A DNA stretch of 64,000 bases from Candidatus Sericytochromatia bacterium (GTDB lineage Bacteria; Cyanobacteriota; Sericytochromatia; S15B-MN24; UBA4093): NCBI GenBank assembly GCA_036676985.1, contig JAKFBU010000056.1, positions 160,001 through 224,000 on the forward strand, given 5' to 3'. A program made the position numbers and the translations under genes. The notes below the pieces were generated by a model. It saw only the letters and a program-made list of their open reading frames with translations, was not told the DNA's origin and made no database searches. Shown one piece after another: positions 48,016-56,514 of the stretch. The first letter of the stretch is position 1. Each line of letters opens with the position of its first letter.

Positions 48016-49056
48016 CTAGCCCCGCGAAACCTGCTCGATCATCTCGCGCAGGGCCGGGTTCTTCCGCACCAGATCGATGGCCATATCGGCATGCCCCTCT
48101 GCATAGCCGTTGCCCACCAGGAGCTCGACGTCCTGGCCCACGCTCTCGGCCCCGAGGGCCGCGGCCTGGAACGAGGTCGCCATGCTGAAGAAGTAGACCT
48201 GGCCGTGGTTGCGGCAGGCGAGGATGCTCGCCATCTCGGTGTTGGGGATGTTGACGCAGTTGATGACGAGGTCGGCGTACTTGCCGTCCGTCAGCTCGCC
48301 CACCTGCTCGTAGGTCCCCACCGGGTCGAGGGCGTTGCCCAAGACGACCTCGACGGCCTGCGGCATGGTCTTAAGGAAGTCGGCCTGCTCCTGGGTCGGC
48401 ACGACGCCGATGACCTGGCCCTCGGGACCCACCTGGCTGGCGGCCACCCACGAGCAGAGGAGGCCGCTCTTGCCAGCAGCGCCCAGGATCACGACCCGCA
48501 TGCCCGGCTTGACCAGGCGTGCGGTCTGGGCCGGTGCGCCGCAGACGTCCAGCACGGACATGGCGAGCTTCTCAGGCAGGTCCGTCGGGATCCGGGCGTA
48601 GAGGCTGCGCTCGAAGAGGAACGCACGGCCCGTGACGCGCACCTGGTGAGCGCTCCAGTCGATGCTGCCCACCTCGTCCAGGTGCAGGGGCGTGGTCGTG
48701 AGCGAGACCAGGGTGACGATGCGATCGCCGACCGAAAGGTCCGTGCGCTCCGAGCCCACGGCCGCCACGCGGCCGATGAGCACGCCGCCCGAGCCCGTGA
48801 CGGGGTTATGCATCTTGCCGCGCTCGGAGATGATGGCCATGAGGCGATCGCGCATCTTGGCGTCGTCGCGGCCCACCTCCTGGGCGAGCTGGGTGAAGGA
48901 GGCCGAGTCCACGTTGAGGGCCTCGACGTCGATCTGGACCTCGGTCTCCCGCACGGGCAGGGACACGTCCAGGCGCTCGGCGGCGTAGGGCAGCGCACCC
49001 GCGGGGCGGATCACGCGGTGGGTGCCGAAGGGGTTGGTCTTGAGAGTAGTGGTCAT
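48016..49056 (-). CDS. kdd: L-erythro-3,5-diaminohexanoate dehydrogenase
   Basis: [44 protein letters not shown]. Confidence 0.9.
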   Translation of the reverse strand: MTTTLKTNPFGTHRVIRPAGALPYAAERLDVSLPVRETEVQIDVEALNVDSASFTQLAQEVGRDDAKMRDRLMAIISERGKMHNPVTGSGGVLIGRVAAVGSERTDLSVGDRIVTLVSLTTTPLHLDEVGSIDWSAHQVRVTGRAFLFERSLYARIPTDLPEKLAMSVLDVCGAPAQTARLVKPGMRVVILGAAGKSGLLCSWVAASQVGPEGQVIGVVPTQEQADFLKTMPQAVEVVLGNALDPVGTYEQVGELTDGKYADLVINCVNIPNTEMASILACRNHGQVYFFSMATSFQAAALGAESVGQDVELLVGNGYAEGHADMAIDLVRKNPALREMIEQVSRG

Positions 49057-49892
49057 GCACGGCTCCTGATGGGCATGTTGAGCAGCTCGCGGGCCTGGTC
49101 GGGGGTCGCCACCGGGCGGTTCAGCTCCGCGGCGATGCGCGCCATGCGCGCGACCAGCTGGGCGTTGGACTCGGCGAGCTCGCCCTTGCGGTAGTAGAGG
49201 TTGTCCTCGAAGCCTACGCGCACGTGGCCGCCCATGGCCATGCCGATGGTCCCGAGGGTGAGTTCGGAGGCGCCGATGCCCGCGACCGTCCAAGTGGCGT
49301 CGGGGGGCAGGAGCTCGATCATGTGCATCAGGGCCTTGGGGGTGCCGGGCGAGGCGCCGGGCACGCCGAGCACGAAGTCGAAGTGTAGCGGGCCCTTCAG
49401 GATCCCCTTCTTGAGGAGCCTAAGGGCGCTGTGGATCATGCCGGGCTCGAAGATCTCGAGCTCGGGCTTGATGCCGCGCTGGGTGAACTCGGTGGCGAAG
49501 GTCTCGATGAGGCTCGGGGGGTTCCAGAAGACCTCGTCGCCGAAGTTGACGGTGCCCATGGTGAGGGACGCCATCTCGGGCGGGGTCTTGAGCTCGCGCA
49601 CGGGGCGGAGGCGGTCGTCGACCGTCGCCGTGACCGCACCGCCGGTCGAGATCTGGATGATCGGATCGACCTCGGCCTGGATGAGGCGGATCACCTCCGC
49701 GAAGATCGCGGGGTCCTGGCTCGGCGTGCCGTCCGTCTCGCGGACGTGCAGGTGCACGATGGCGGCACCCGCCTTCACAGCGCCGATGGCCTCGCGGGCG
49801 ATCTCGGCGGGGGAATAAGGGAAACTGGGGTGCTGGTCGCGGGTGACCTCGGCACCGACCGGACAACAGGTCAGAATGACGGGAGTGGCCAT
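49053..49892 (-). CDS. kce: 3-keto-5-aminohexanoate cleavage enzyme
   Basis: GAE, HLHVR, STGG, GTVNFG, RVGFEDN. Confidence 0.9.
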   Translation of the reverse strand: MATPVILTCCPVGAEVTRDQHPSFPYSPAEIAREAIGAVKAGAAIVHLHVRETDGTPSQDPAIFAEVIRLIQAEVDPIIQISTGGAVTATVDDRLRPVRELKTPPEMASLTMGTVNFGDEVFWNPPSLIETFATEFTQRGIKPELEIFEPGMIHSALRLLKKGILKGPLHFDFVLGVPGASPGTPKALMHMIELLPPDATWTVAGIGASELTLGTIGMAMGGHVRVGFEDNLYYRKGELAESNAQLVARMARIAAELNRPVATPDQARELLNMPIRSRA

Positions 49893-49986
49893 AGAAATAG
49901 CTCCTTTGCTTCAACCATTCTGCCGGATTCGCCCCGTCGCGTCCAGGGAGGGCCGGGATTGGCGCCAGGGCGATGATGATTAGGAT

Positions 49987-50018
49987 GAGCCAACATTAGA
50001 AAGCTCTAATGTTGGCTC
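49987..50018. promoter_or_regulatory. Perfect 14-bp inverted repeat in the kce/pilin divergent region
   Basis: GAGCCAACATTAGA-AAGC-TCTAATGTTGGCTC. Confidence 0.5.
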
Positions 50019-50085
50019 GTTAGAGGTTTTTCAAGATCCCAAGGGTATGATCGCCTGGTATATGCCGAGACACCAGGAGCTCTAC

Positions 50086-50667
50086 ATGGCCAAACGCGCA
50101 TCCAGCAAGGGATTCACGCTCATCGAGGTCTCCCTCGCAATCGTCATCGGCGTCGTGGTGCTCGCCGGAGCGATCGCCATGTATAACCAGGTCCGCGAGA
50201 GCGCGGCGACCGGTAAGATGAAGGAAAAGGTCATGGCGGCCGCCATGATCATCGAGGAGATCACGGTCCAGACCGGCAGCTACCCGAACCCCACGGTGGT
50301 CGAGGATCAGAACCGGGTCATCGTCAAATTCAAGACCGCTCGGCCGGACGATTGCCTCATGAGCCCCTGGGGTGGCCAGGTCGCGCCCGACGCTCGGCCC
50401 TCCAACGGCATCTTGCCTTACTGGATGCAGCCCGTCGCGATGACGGCCATCGGCGGGGAGACCCAGCTCGCGGCCGACGGGGCCCAGAACCTTTCCGGGG
50501 CCATCCAGTACTTCGCCTTGGGGACGGGCACGACCATGGTGCCAACCGCCACCGCTTCTTACTGGGACAAGACCAAGCGGAATTACGTCACCTACAAAGG
50601 CTACGTCATCTCGGGCGTCAACCAGAACAACATGGACGGCTGGGGCGTCTACGGACCCAAGCCCTAA
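50086..50667 (+). CDS. Type IV pilin/pseudopilin-like protein
   Basis: KG|FTLIE prepilin site followed by a hydrophobic helix; AGGAG RBS. Confidence 0.88.
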   Translation: MAKRASSKGFTLIEVSLAIVIGVVVLAGAIAMYNQVRESAATGKMKEKVMAAAMIIEEITVQTGSYPNPTVVEDQNRVIVKFKTARPDDCLMSPWGGQVAPDARPSNGILPYWMQPVAMTAIGGETQLAADGAQNLSGAIQYFALGTGTTMVPTATASYWDKTKRNYVTYKGYVISGVNQNNMDGWGVYGPKP

Positions 50668-51449
50668 TGCGCGCACCCTGGGTATCGGCCCTTCTCACGA
50701 CCCTGCTCGTCACCTTGGCGGGCTGTAACGGTGCCGCCGAGGAGCCGCGCCGCACCGCCTCCGCCCTCGCCCCCCAGGCGGATGCCTGGGACTTGTCCGA
50801 CTCGTTCGACGGCTTCCAGTCGACACTCTGGAGGCTGAGCGACGGCTACACCAATGGGCCCAGCTTCCATCTGGGCTGGCGCGCCGATCGAGCGCGCTTC
50901 GAAGACGGCCGCATGACGCTGCGCATCGACGACGAGCCCTGCCCCACCGGCTGCTCCGGCAAGCCGTTCTCTGGAGCCGAGTTGCAGAGCGTGCGCTCCT
51001 TCGGATATGGCCGTCTCGAAGGCCGCATGAAGGCCGCCAGGGGCGTCGGCATCGTGGCCTCCCTCTTCTTCTACGACCGTGAGAGCCAGGACGAGATCGA
51101 CGTCGAGATCCTGGGCAAGGCCCCCGACGTCCTCCAGACCAACTACTACGTCGGCGGCAAGGAAGGGCGGGCGGCCACCATGAGCCTCGGCTTCGACGCC
51201 TCGGAGGGGTTCCACACCTACGCCATCGACTGGAGTCCCGAGGCCATCCGCTGGTACGTCGACGACCGGCTGGTCCGCATCGAGAACGGCACGCGCGAAT
51301 CCTTGCCGAGCCACCCCTCGTCCATCATGGCGAACTTCTGGCCCGGCAACGGTGGCGGGACCGAGGCCTGGCTCGGCGGCCCCTTCGAGTACCCCGGATC
51401 ACCCGTTACAGCCCATTATGACTGGATCCGCTACCGAAAGGCCTCCTAG
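50667..51449 (+). CDS. GH16 beta-glucanase (lichenase-like) lipoprotein
   Basis: EIDVE catalytic motif, FHTYAIDW; lipobox LAGC. Confidence 0.88.
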   Translation: MRAPWVSALLTTLLVTLAGCNGAAEEPRRTASALAPQADAWDLSDSFDGFQSTLWRLSDGYTNGPSFHLGWRADRARFEDGRMTLRIDDEPCPTGCSGKPFSGAELQSVRSFGYGRLEGRMKAARGVGIVASLFFYDRESQDEIDVEILGKAPDVLQTNYYVGGKEGRAATMSLGFDASEGFHTYAIDWSPEAIRWYVDDRLVRIENGTRESLPSHPSSIMANFWPGNGGGTEAWLGGPFEYPGSPVTAHYDWIRYRKAS

Positions 51450-51557
51450 CGAGCCCCCGCACTTCACCGAGTCCGAACGAAGATTTAATCACCCACCAAT
51501 CCTTTTAACGTCGGAGATGGAGGGCTCTGCGGAACAATGATCTGGTAGGAGTCCCGC

Positions 51558-52679
51558 ATGAGCAGCATCCAGGAACCCAACTCGACTTCCGCCGCCGTCC
51601 CCGCGCGGCGGACGCCCACCGAACCGACCGTCGCCCCGGCGAAAGTCGAGCCGTCGGCACCTGCAGCCGCTCAGGACAGCCTGCAGGCCAACAATCGCCC
51701 CGACGCCCCCACTGCCCCCGGAGACCTGGTGGCCAAGATCAAGGCCATGCAAGAGCCGACGCCGCCAGCGGCTCCCCCTCCCACGGAGATCCGTTCCGTT
51801 CCGGTCTCGCAGCGTGTCCGGCGTCGCATCGTGCCCGAGGGCATGCCCGATCGCCCGAGCGACTTCGTGGCCCCCATCCTCAACCTCGCCATCAGCTTTC
51901 TGAGCAACCCGCGCTTTGCCGTCAGGCGGATCCAGGGTGCCATCACCCGCAGCTTCCAGGTCATGCAGGGGGCGGGACACGTCCGCGAGGTCGTTCAGGA
52001 CTTCAACCTGGCCCGGCAGCAGGGCAAGGGCCTCCATTTCGTGCGCGGGCAGTTCCGCTTCCTGAAGTGGCGCTCCACCGCCAAGGCCCGGCAGGCCATT
52101 CGGCTCGCCAAGGCCCACAAGGGCCGGAACCTCCTGCGCCTCCTCTCGCGGCGCAATGCGGCCGACATCGCCCGCAACAAGGGCGTCATCGGCTTCTTCC
52201 GAGATGCCCGGGCGGCGGGCGCCGGCCCACTGCGCTCGCTGTGGCGCGGCTTCACGCGGACGGTCGAGACGGGCGGGCAGATGCCTTCGGTCGCCAAGCA
52301 GGCGGCAGAGATGGGCGGTCGCTGGGGCAAGGCGCTCACCTGGACGGGCCGGATCGGGCGCATCGCGCCCCTGCTCAACGTGCCGCTCGCCATCTTCGAC
52401 GTCCGGGAGGCCTGGAAAGCCTTGCGCCACCCGGACGCCACCGTCCAGGACAAGGTCTCGAAGACGGGCCAGGCTGCCCTCACCTCGGCGGCGGCGGGTC
52501 TTGCCGTCGCGGGCTTCGTCACGCCCCCGCCCCTCAACGCGGCCCTGCTCACGGCGGCGGGCGTCGCGGGCATCGGCTCGACCCTCTGGGGCATCGCGAC
52601 CAGCGAGATCGCGCATGACGCCTTGAAGAAGGTGGGCGGGTTCTTCGGGGGCCTGGGACGCCGCCTGGGGCTCGGCTAG
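51558..52679 (+). CDS. Hypothetical protein with basic core and hydrophobic C-terminal helices
   Basis: AGGAG RBS; GC3-rich codon usage. Confidence 0.65.
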   Translation: MSSIQEPNSTSAAVPARRTPTEPTVAPAKVEPSAPAAAQDSLQANNRPDAPTAPGDLVAKIKAMQEPTPPAAPPPTEIRSVPVSQRVRRRIVPEGMPDRPSDFVAPILNLAISFLSNPRFAVRRIQGAITRSFQVMQGAGHVREVVQDFNLARQQGKGLHFVRGQFRFLKWRSTAKARQAIRLAKAHKGRNLLRLLSRRNAADIARNKGVIGFFRDARAAGAGPLRSLWRGFTRTVETGGQMPSVAKQAAEMGGRWGKALTWTGRIGRIAPLLNVPLAIFDVREAWKALRHPDATVQDKVSKTGQAALTSAAAGLAVAGFVTPPPLNAALLTAAGVAGIGSTLWGIATSEIAHDALKKVGGFFGGLGRRLGLG

Positions 52680-52711
52680 TCGTTCGTCTGGTCAATTACC
52701 GCGTGTAGGCA

Positions 52712-52743
52712 CTCCCGTCACCCTCGCGCAAGCGGGGGTCCAC
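52712..52743. repeat. CGTC-type REP-like palindrome, copy 2
   Basis: CTCCCGTCACCCTCGCGCAAGCGGGGGTCCAC. Confidence 0.7.
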
Positions 52744-52771
52744 TGCCGGGTCCTCCGAAGAATAGAGAACG

Positions 52772-52808
52772 AAAAGCGCCCAGCGGTCGTTCAGACCACT
52801 GGGCGCTT
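52772..52808 (-). terminator. Terminator of the kamB-kamD-kamE operon
   Basis: AAAAGCGCCCAG...CTGGGCGCTT stem. Confidence 0.7.
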
Positions 52809-52824
52809 CGAAGATTTGCGGGCC

Positions 52825-53607
52825 CTAGAGCACCGCGTCGCGGCGGCGCATGAGCTCCTGCACCACGAAGGCCGCCACGTCCTCGGCGTACGAGCCGACG
52901 CCGAAGCCGGCGTCGAAGCCGAGCTCCGTGGCCAGGTCGTGCGTGATGCGCGGACCGCCCACCGAGACCACGAAGCGGTTGCGCACCCCTTCGGCCTCGA
53001 GGATCTCGACCAGGTTCGTGAGGGTCATGATATGGAGGTTCTTCTGCGTGACCACCTGGCTGACCAGGATGGCGTCGGCGTTCAGCTCGATGGCCTTGGC
53101 CACCAGGACCTCGTTGGGGACCTGGGCACCCATGTTGAGGGCGTTGATCATCTTGTAGCGCTCGAGGCCGTAGTGGCCGTTGTAGCCCTTCATGTTCATG
53201 ATCGCGTCGATGCCCACCGTATGGGCGTCGGTGCCGGTGCAGGCCCCGATGATCGTGAGCTTGCGGCCGAACTCCTTGTCGATAAGGGCGTCGATGGCTT
53301 CCATGTCCATCGCCTCGTAGTCGCTCTTGGGCACGTGGATGGTCGTGAAGTCGACGCCGCGCACCACCGAGGCGTACATGATGAAGAAGCTCATGGTCGA
53401 GCCCACCGCCTCCATCGACACCACCGAGGGGTCCTGCATGCCCATCTGGAGCACCATGCGCTTGGCGGCCTCGTGGGCCTCGGGACCCGCCGGCACCGGC
53501 AGGGTGAAGCTCAGCTGGATCTTGCCGTCGTCGAGCGTGTCGCCGTAGGGCTTGAGGTTCTTGAGGTTGGGTTCCTTGGGATAGGTAGTGGTCGTCATCA
53601 TTGTCAC
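52825..53607 (-). CDS. kamE: Lysine 5,6-aminomutase beta subunit (B12-binding)
   Basis: KPYGDTLDDG, DAHTVGIDAIMNMKGY. Confidence 0.93.
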   Translation of the reverse strand: MTMMTTTTYPKEPNLKNLKPYGDTLDDGKIQLSFTLPVPAGPEAHEAAKRMVLQMGMQDPSVVSMEAVGSTMSFFIMYASVVRGVDFTTIHVPKSDYEAMDMEAIDALIDKEFGRKLTIIGACTGTDAHTVGIDAIMNMKGYNGHYGLERYKMINALNMGAQVPNEVLVAKAIELNADAILVSQVVTQKNLHIMTLTNLVEILEAEGVRNRFVVSVGGPRITHDLATELGFDAGFGVGSYAEDVAAFVVQELMRRRDAVL

Positions 53608-53608
53608 C

Positions 53609-55174
53609 TTAGACCTTCGCCATGCTCACGCCGTTGAGGGCTTCGAGGCGCGTCATGAAGGGGTTGAAGTAGTTGCCGGCGCGCTCGAACACGCCCGAGA
53701 GGCCCTTGCCGCCGTCCGGAGCCCGCTTGACGTCGGCGAACTCGCCCTTGCCGATGGCCGGGACGAGGCCTTCCTTGGCCACCTTCTCGAGCAGCTCCAC
53801 CGACTGGTCGAGCACGAGCCGGGCGCGGGTCGCGACCATGCCGTCTTCCTTCCAGTCCAGGTCCGCGCCCATGTTGCGGGCGTAGTTGAAGACGTAGTCC
53901 GCGTTCTTGAGCGCCAGGTGGCGGTCCGAGGCGAAGGGCGTGTGGATGGCCTCGGTCATGATGCCCAAGAGGTGGATCTCCTGGTTCGTCAGGACCGAGA
54001 CCAGGTTGAAGAGGGCGTTGTGGGCGTAGGCCTGGAAGATGTCGCCCGTGATGTGCTTGGTGGGCGGCATGTACTTGAGCGGGGCCTCGGGGAAGACCTG
54101 CCGCACCAGCTGGGCCATGGCGATCTCGTAGGAGAGGCCGTCCGGCGTGCGGGGGTTCATCTCGAAGGCGTGGCCGAGGCCCATGAGATTCGGGGTCATG
54201 CCGGCCGCCAGCGCGAACCGCTCGTTGATGAACTGGCTCGCGAGCACCGTGTGGCCCTGCTCGAAGGCGTCGGCGGTCGTGAGGTAGTTGTCCTCGCCGG
54301 TGTTGATGATGATGCGGCTCGCCGCGTTGACCAGGCGCGAGAAGTACTGGTCGCAGAGCGTGCGGAAGATGTTGATGTCCCTGAAGAGGATGCCGTACAT
54401 GGCGTCGTTGAGGAGCATGTCGAGGCCGTGCTGGGCGGCGAGCACCGAGATCTCCGGCATGCAGAGACCCGAGGCGTAGTTCGTCAGCATGATGTAGCGG
54501 CCCTGCTCCTCGCCGACCTCGTCGAGGGCCTCGCGCATCAGCTTGAAGTTGGCGCCCGTGGCGTAGGTGCCGCCCGTACCCTCGGTGGTCGTGCCGTAGG
54601 GCACGAAGTCGATGAGCGACTGGCCCGTCGAGCGGATGACGGCAATGATGTCCGCGCCCGCGCGGGCGGCGGCGACCGCCTGGGGCACGTCCTCGAAGAT
54701 GTTGCCCGTCGCGACGATCAGGTACTTCCAGGGCTTGGGGCCCATGCCGAGGCGGCCGCGGCGGTTGAGCTCGCGATCGCGCCGCTGAGCGAGCAGCTCG
54801 TCCAGGATCACCTTGGCGCGGGAGTCCGTCCACTCCTCGACTTCTTGAGGAGCGATGGGGGCCGTGAAGTCGACCTCGCCCTTGGCGATCGCCTCGGCCG
54901 CAGCCTGGGGAGCCAGGCCCGTCTGCAGGCAGGCGAAGCCGAGCCAGTAGCAGGCGCCACGCTCCAGGAGGCCGCGCTCGCGCAGGGCGTCGACCGCGCG
55001 GTTGGGCCAGGGCACCTCGTCCGCGTCGACGCCGTCCACGCCGAACAGGCGCAGGGCGGCTCGCTCCGTGCTCACCGTCGAGTGGGTGGCGAAGTAGTCG
55101 AGCATCGGCTTGACGATGGACTGGGCGAGGTCGCGCGCGTAGGCGACTTTCTGCGTGTCGATGGAGATGTGCAC
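53609..55174 (-). CDS. kamD: Lysine 5,6-aminomutase alpha subunit
   Basis: IVATGNI, AVIRSTGQSL, NYASGLCMPE, KYMPPTK. Confidence 0.93.
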   Translation of the reverse strand: MHISIDTQKVAYARDLAQSIVKPMLDYFATHSTVSTERAALRLFGVDGVDADEVPWPNRAVDALRERGLLERGACYWLGFACLQTGLAPQAAAEAIAKGEVDFTAPIAPQEVEEWTDSRAKVILDELLAQRRDRELNRRGRLGMGPKPWKYLIVATGNIFEDVPQAVAAARAGADIIAVIRSTGQSLIDFVPYGTTTEGTGGTYATGANFKLMREALDEVGEEQGRYIMLTNYASGLCMPEISVLAAQHGLDMLLNDAMYGILFRDINIFRTLCDQYFSRLVNAASRIIINTGEDNYLTTADAFEQGHTVLASQFINERFALAAGMTPNLMGLGHAFEMNPRTPDGLSYEIAMAQLVRQVFPEAPLKYMPPTKHITGDIFQAYAHNALFNLVSVLTNQEIHLLGIMTEAIHTPFASDRHLALKNADYVFNYARNMGADLDWKEDGMVATRARLVLDQSVELLEKVAKEGLVPAIGKGEFADVKRAPDGGKGLSGVFERAGNYFNPFMTRLEALNGVSMAKV

Positions 55175-55186
55175 CGGTGGACCCCC

Positions 55187-56197
55187 TTAGGTGGATAAAC
55201 GACCTTGGTTATGCACCACGTCGAGAACGGGTATCGGATTCAGGCGCTCGCGCATCATGGCGAGGAACGAGTCGGGTTCGACCGCGGCCCCGAAGGGGCT
55301 GGTCGGGTTGACGGTAACGGCGACCAGCCGGATGGGCCGGGCGGCGTGGAAGCGCACGCCCCGCCCGAGGAGGCGGTCGAACGTCTCGGGCTGCACCAGC
55401 AGGTGGGTCCCGTCGGGGACCACCACGTCCAGCTCCTTTTGCTCCCGCTTGAGGAGCTGCTTGGCCACGCCCTCGGTCAAGGCGCCCTGCAGCACCAGGC
55501 ACCGGGCGTCCTCGGGCATCCAGCGGACGAGCTCGTCACCCTGCTCGAGGACCGTCGAGCCCTGCCAGGGCAGGAAGTCGCCCGCGAGCGTGAGCACGCC
55601 CGTCTCTTCCGGCAGGCCCGCGTAAGGCGCGGCCTCCAGGCTGAGGAAGCGGGTCTGCGCGACCGTGTGGGCCACCACCTCGGCGGGATCGTCACTCAAG
55701 GAGAGCCCCGTGGCGAGCACGACCCCGTCCGCGACGGCACCGGAAGCGGACGCCCGGCGATCTATGGCGCCGTCCACGAAGACCTGACGCGCGCCGTGCT
55801 GGCGCAGGATCCGGACGAGGGCGACCGTGTCCTGGACCGTCACCGGACCCGCCACCTCAACCTGCCCCGGCCCGAGCACTTCGTAAATGCCTACTGGGCC
55901 GATGGCGGTCCGGAAGGGGGTCTTGGCGACCTCGCGCAGGCGGGCCTGCGAGCGCTTGGCCGAGGTCGCGGCGGTCGCCACGAGCGTGCCCGGCGGCGGG
56001 GTGATGCGCGGCTTGGGGCGGTCGGTGACGACGTCGATGTCCTCGCCGTCGCGCCCGACCGACGTCAGGCCCATGCGGACGCCCTGCGCCTCGTAGCGGT
56101 CGATGAGGTGGTTGAGGCACGTCGTCTTGCCGACGTTCTTGGCCGTACCCACGATGGACAGCGTCGCATGGGGGCGGCAGAGATCGAACAGGGTCAT
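55187..56197 (-). CDS. kamB: KamB/OraS-type aminomutase reactivase-associated subunit
   Basis: GTAKNVGKTT, TSVGRDGE, DGAIDR, VNPTSP; directly upstream of kamD. Confidence 0.75.
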   Translation of the reverse strand: MTLFDLCRPHATLSIVGTAKNVGKTTCLNHLIDRYEAQGVRMGLTSVGRDGEDIDVVTDRPKPRITPPPGTLVATAATSAKRSQARLREVAKTPFRTAIGPVGIYEVLGPGQVEVAGPVTVQDTVALVRILRQHGARQVFVDGAIDRRASASGAVADGVVLATGLSLSDDPAEVVAHTVAQTRFLSLEAAPYAGLPEETGVLTLAGDFLPWQGSTVLEQGDELVRWMPEDARCLVLQGALTEGVAKQLLKREQKELDVVVPDGTHLLVQPETFDRLLGRGVRFHAARPIRLVAVTVNPTSPFGAAVEPDSFLAMMRERLNPIPVLDVVHNQGRLST

Positions 56198-56291
56198 GGG
56201 TCCCACTTCCTAACGGATGAGTCCATGGATCGTATCATGGCGCGGCGGGTTCTGCAGGGGCTCTTAACGGCTGTTTACGGGGAGCGACAGC

Positions 56292-56320
56292 TTGCGGCGA
56301 GCGTCAATTCGGGATAAACT
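56292..56320 (+). promoter_or_regulatory. Sigma70-type promoter of kamA
   Basis: TTGCGG-N17-TAAACT. Confidence 0.5.
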
Positions 56321-56514
56321 GGATGATCCAAACGGCCGTCTGCGATGCGCGGGCCGTGACACCCACGATTGGAACCGACGATGGACTACACCGAAGCCTC
56401 GCGGCTTTCGTTCGACCCGGCCTTCGGGCACGGCGACACTCCCCACTACGGCCTCTGATTGACGGCGCGGATCCTTCCGTTCGCCCGTCCCTAGCCGTTT
56501 ACAAGGAGATTGCC

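Noticed and set aside
56327-56514. Canonical lysine riboswitch
   Set aside because: Conserved L-box core not recognisable; kept only as an unknown leader
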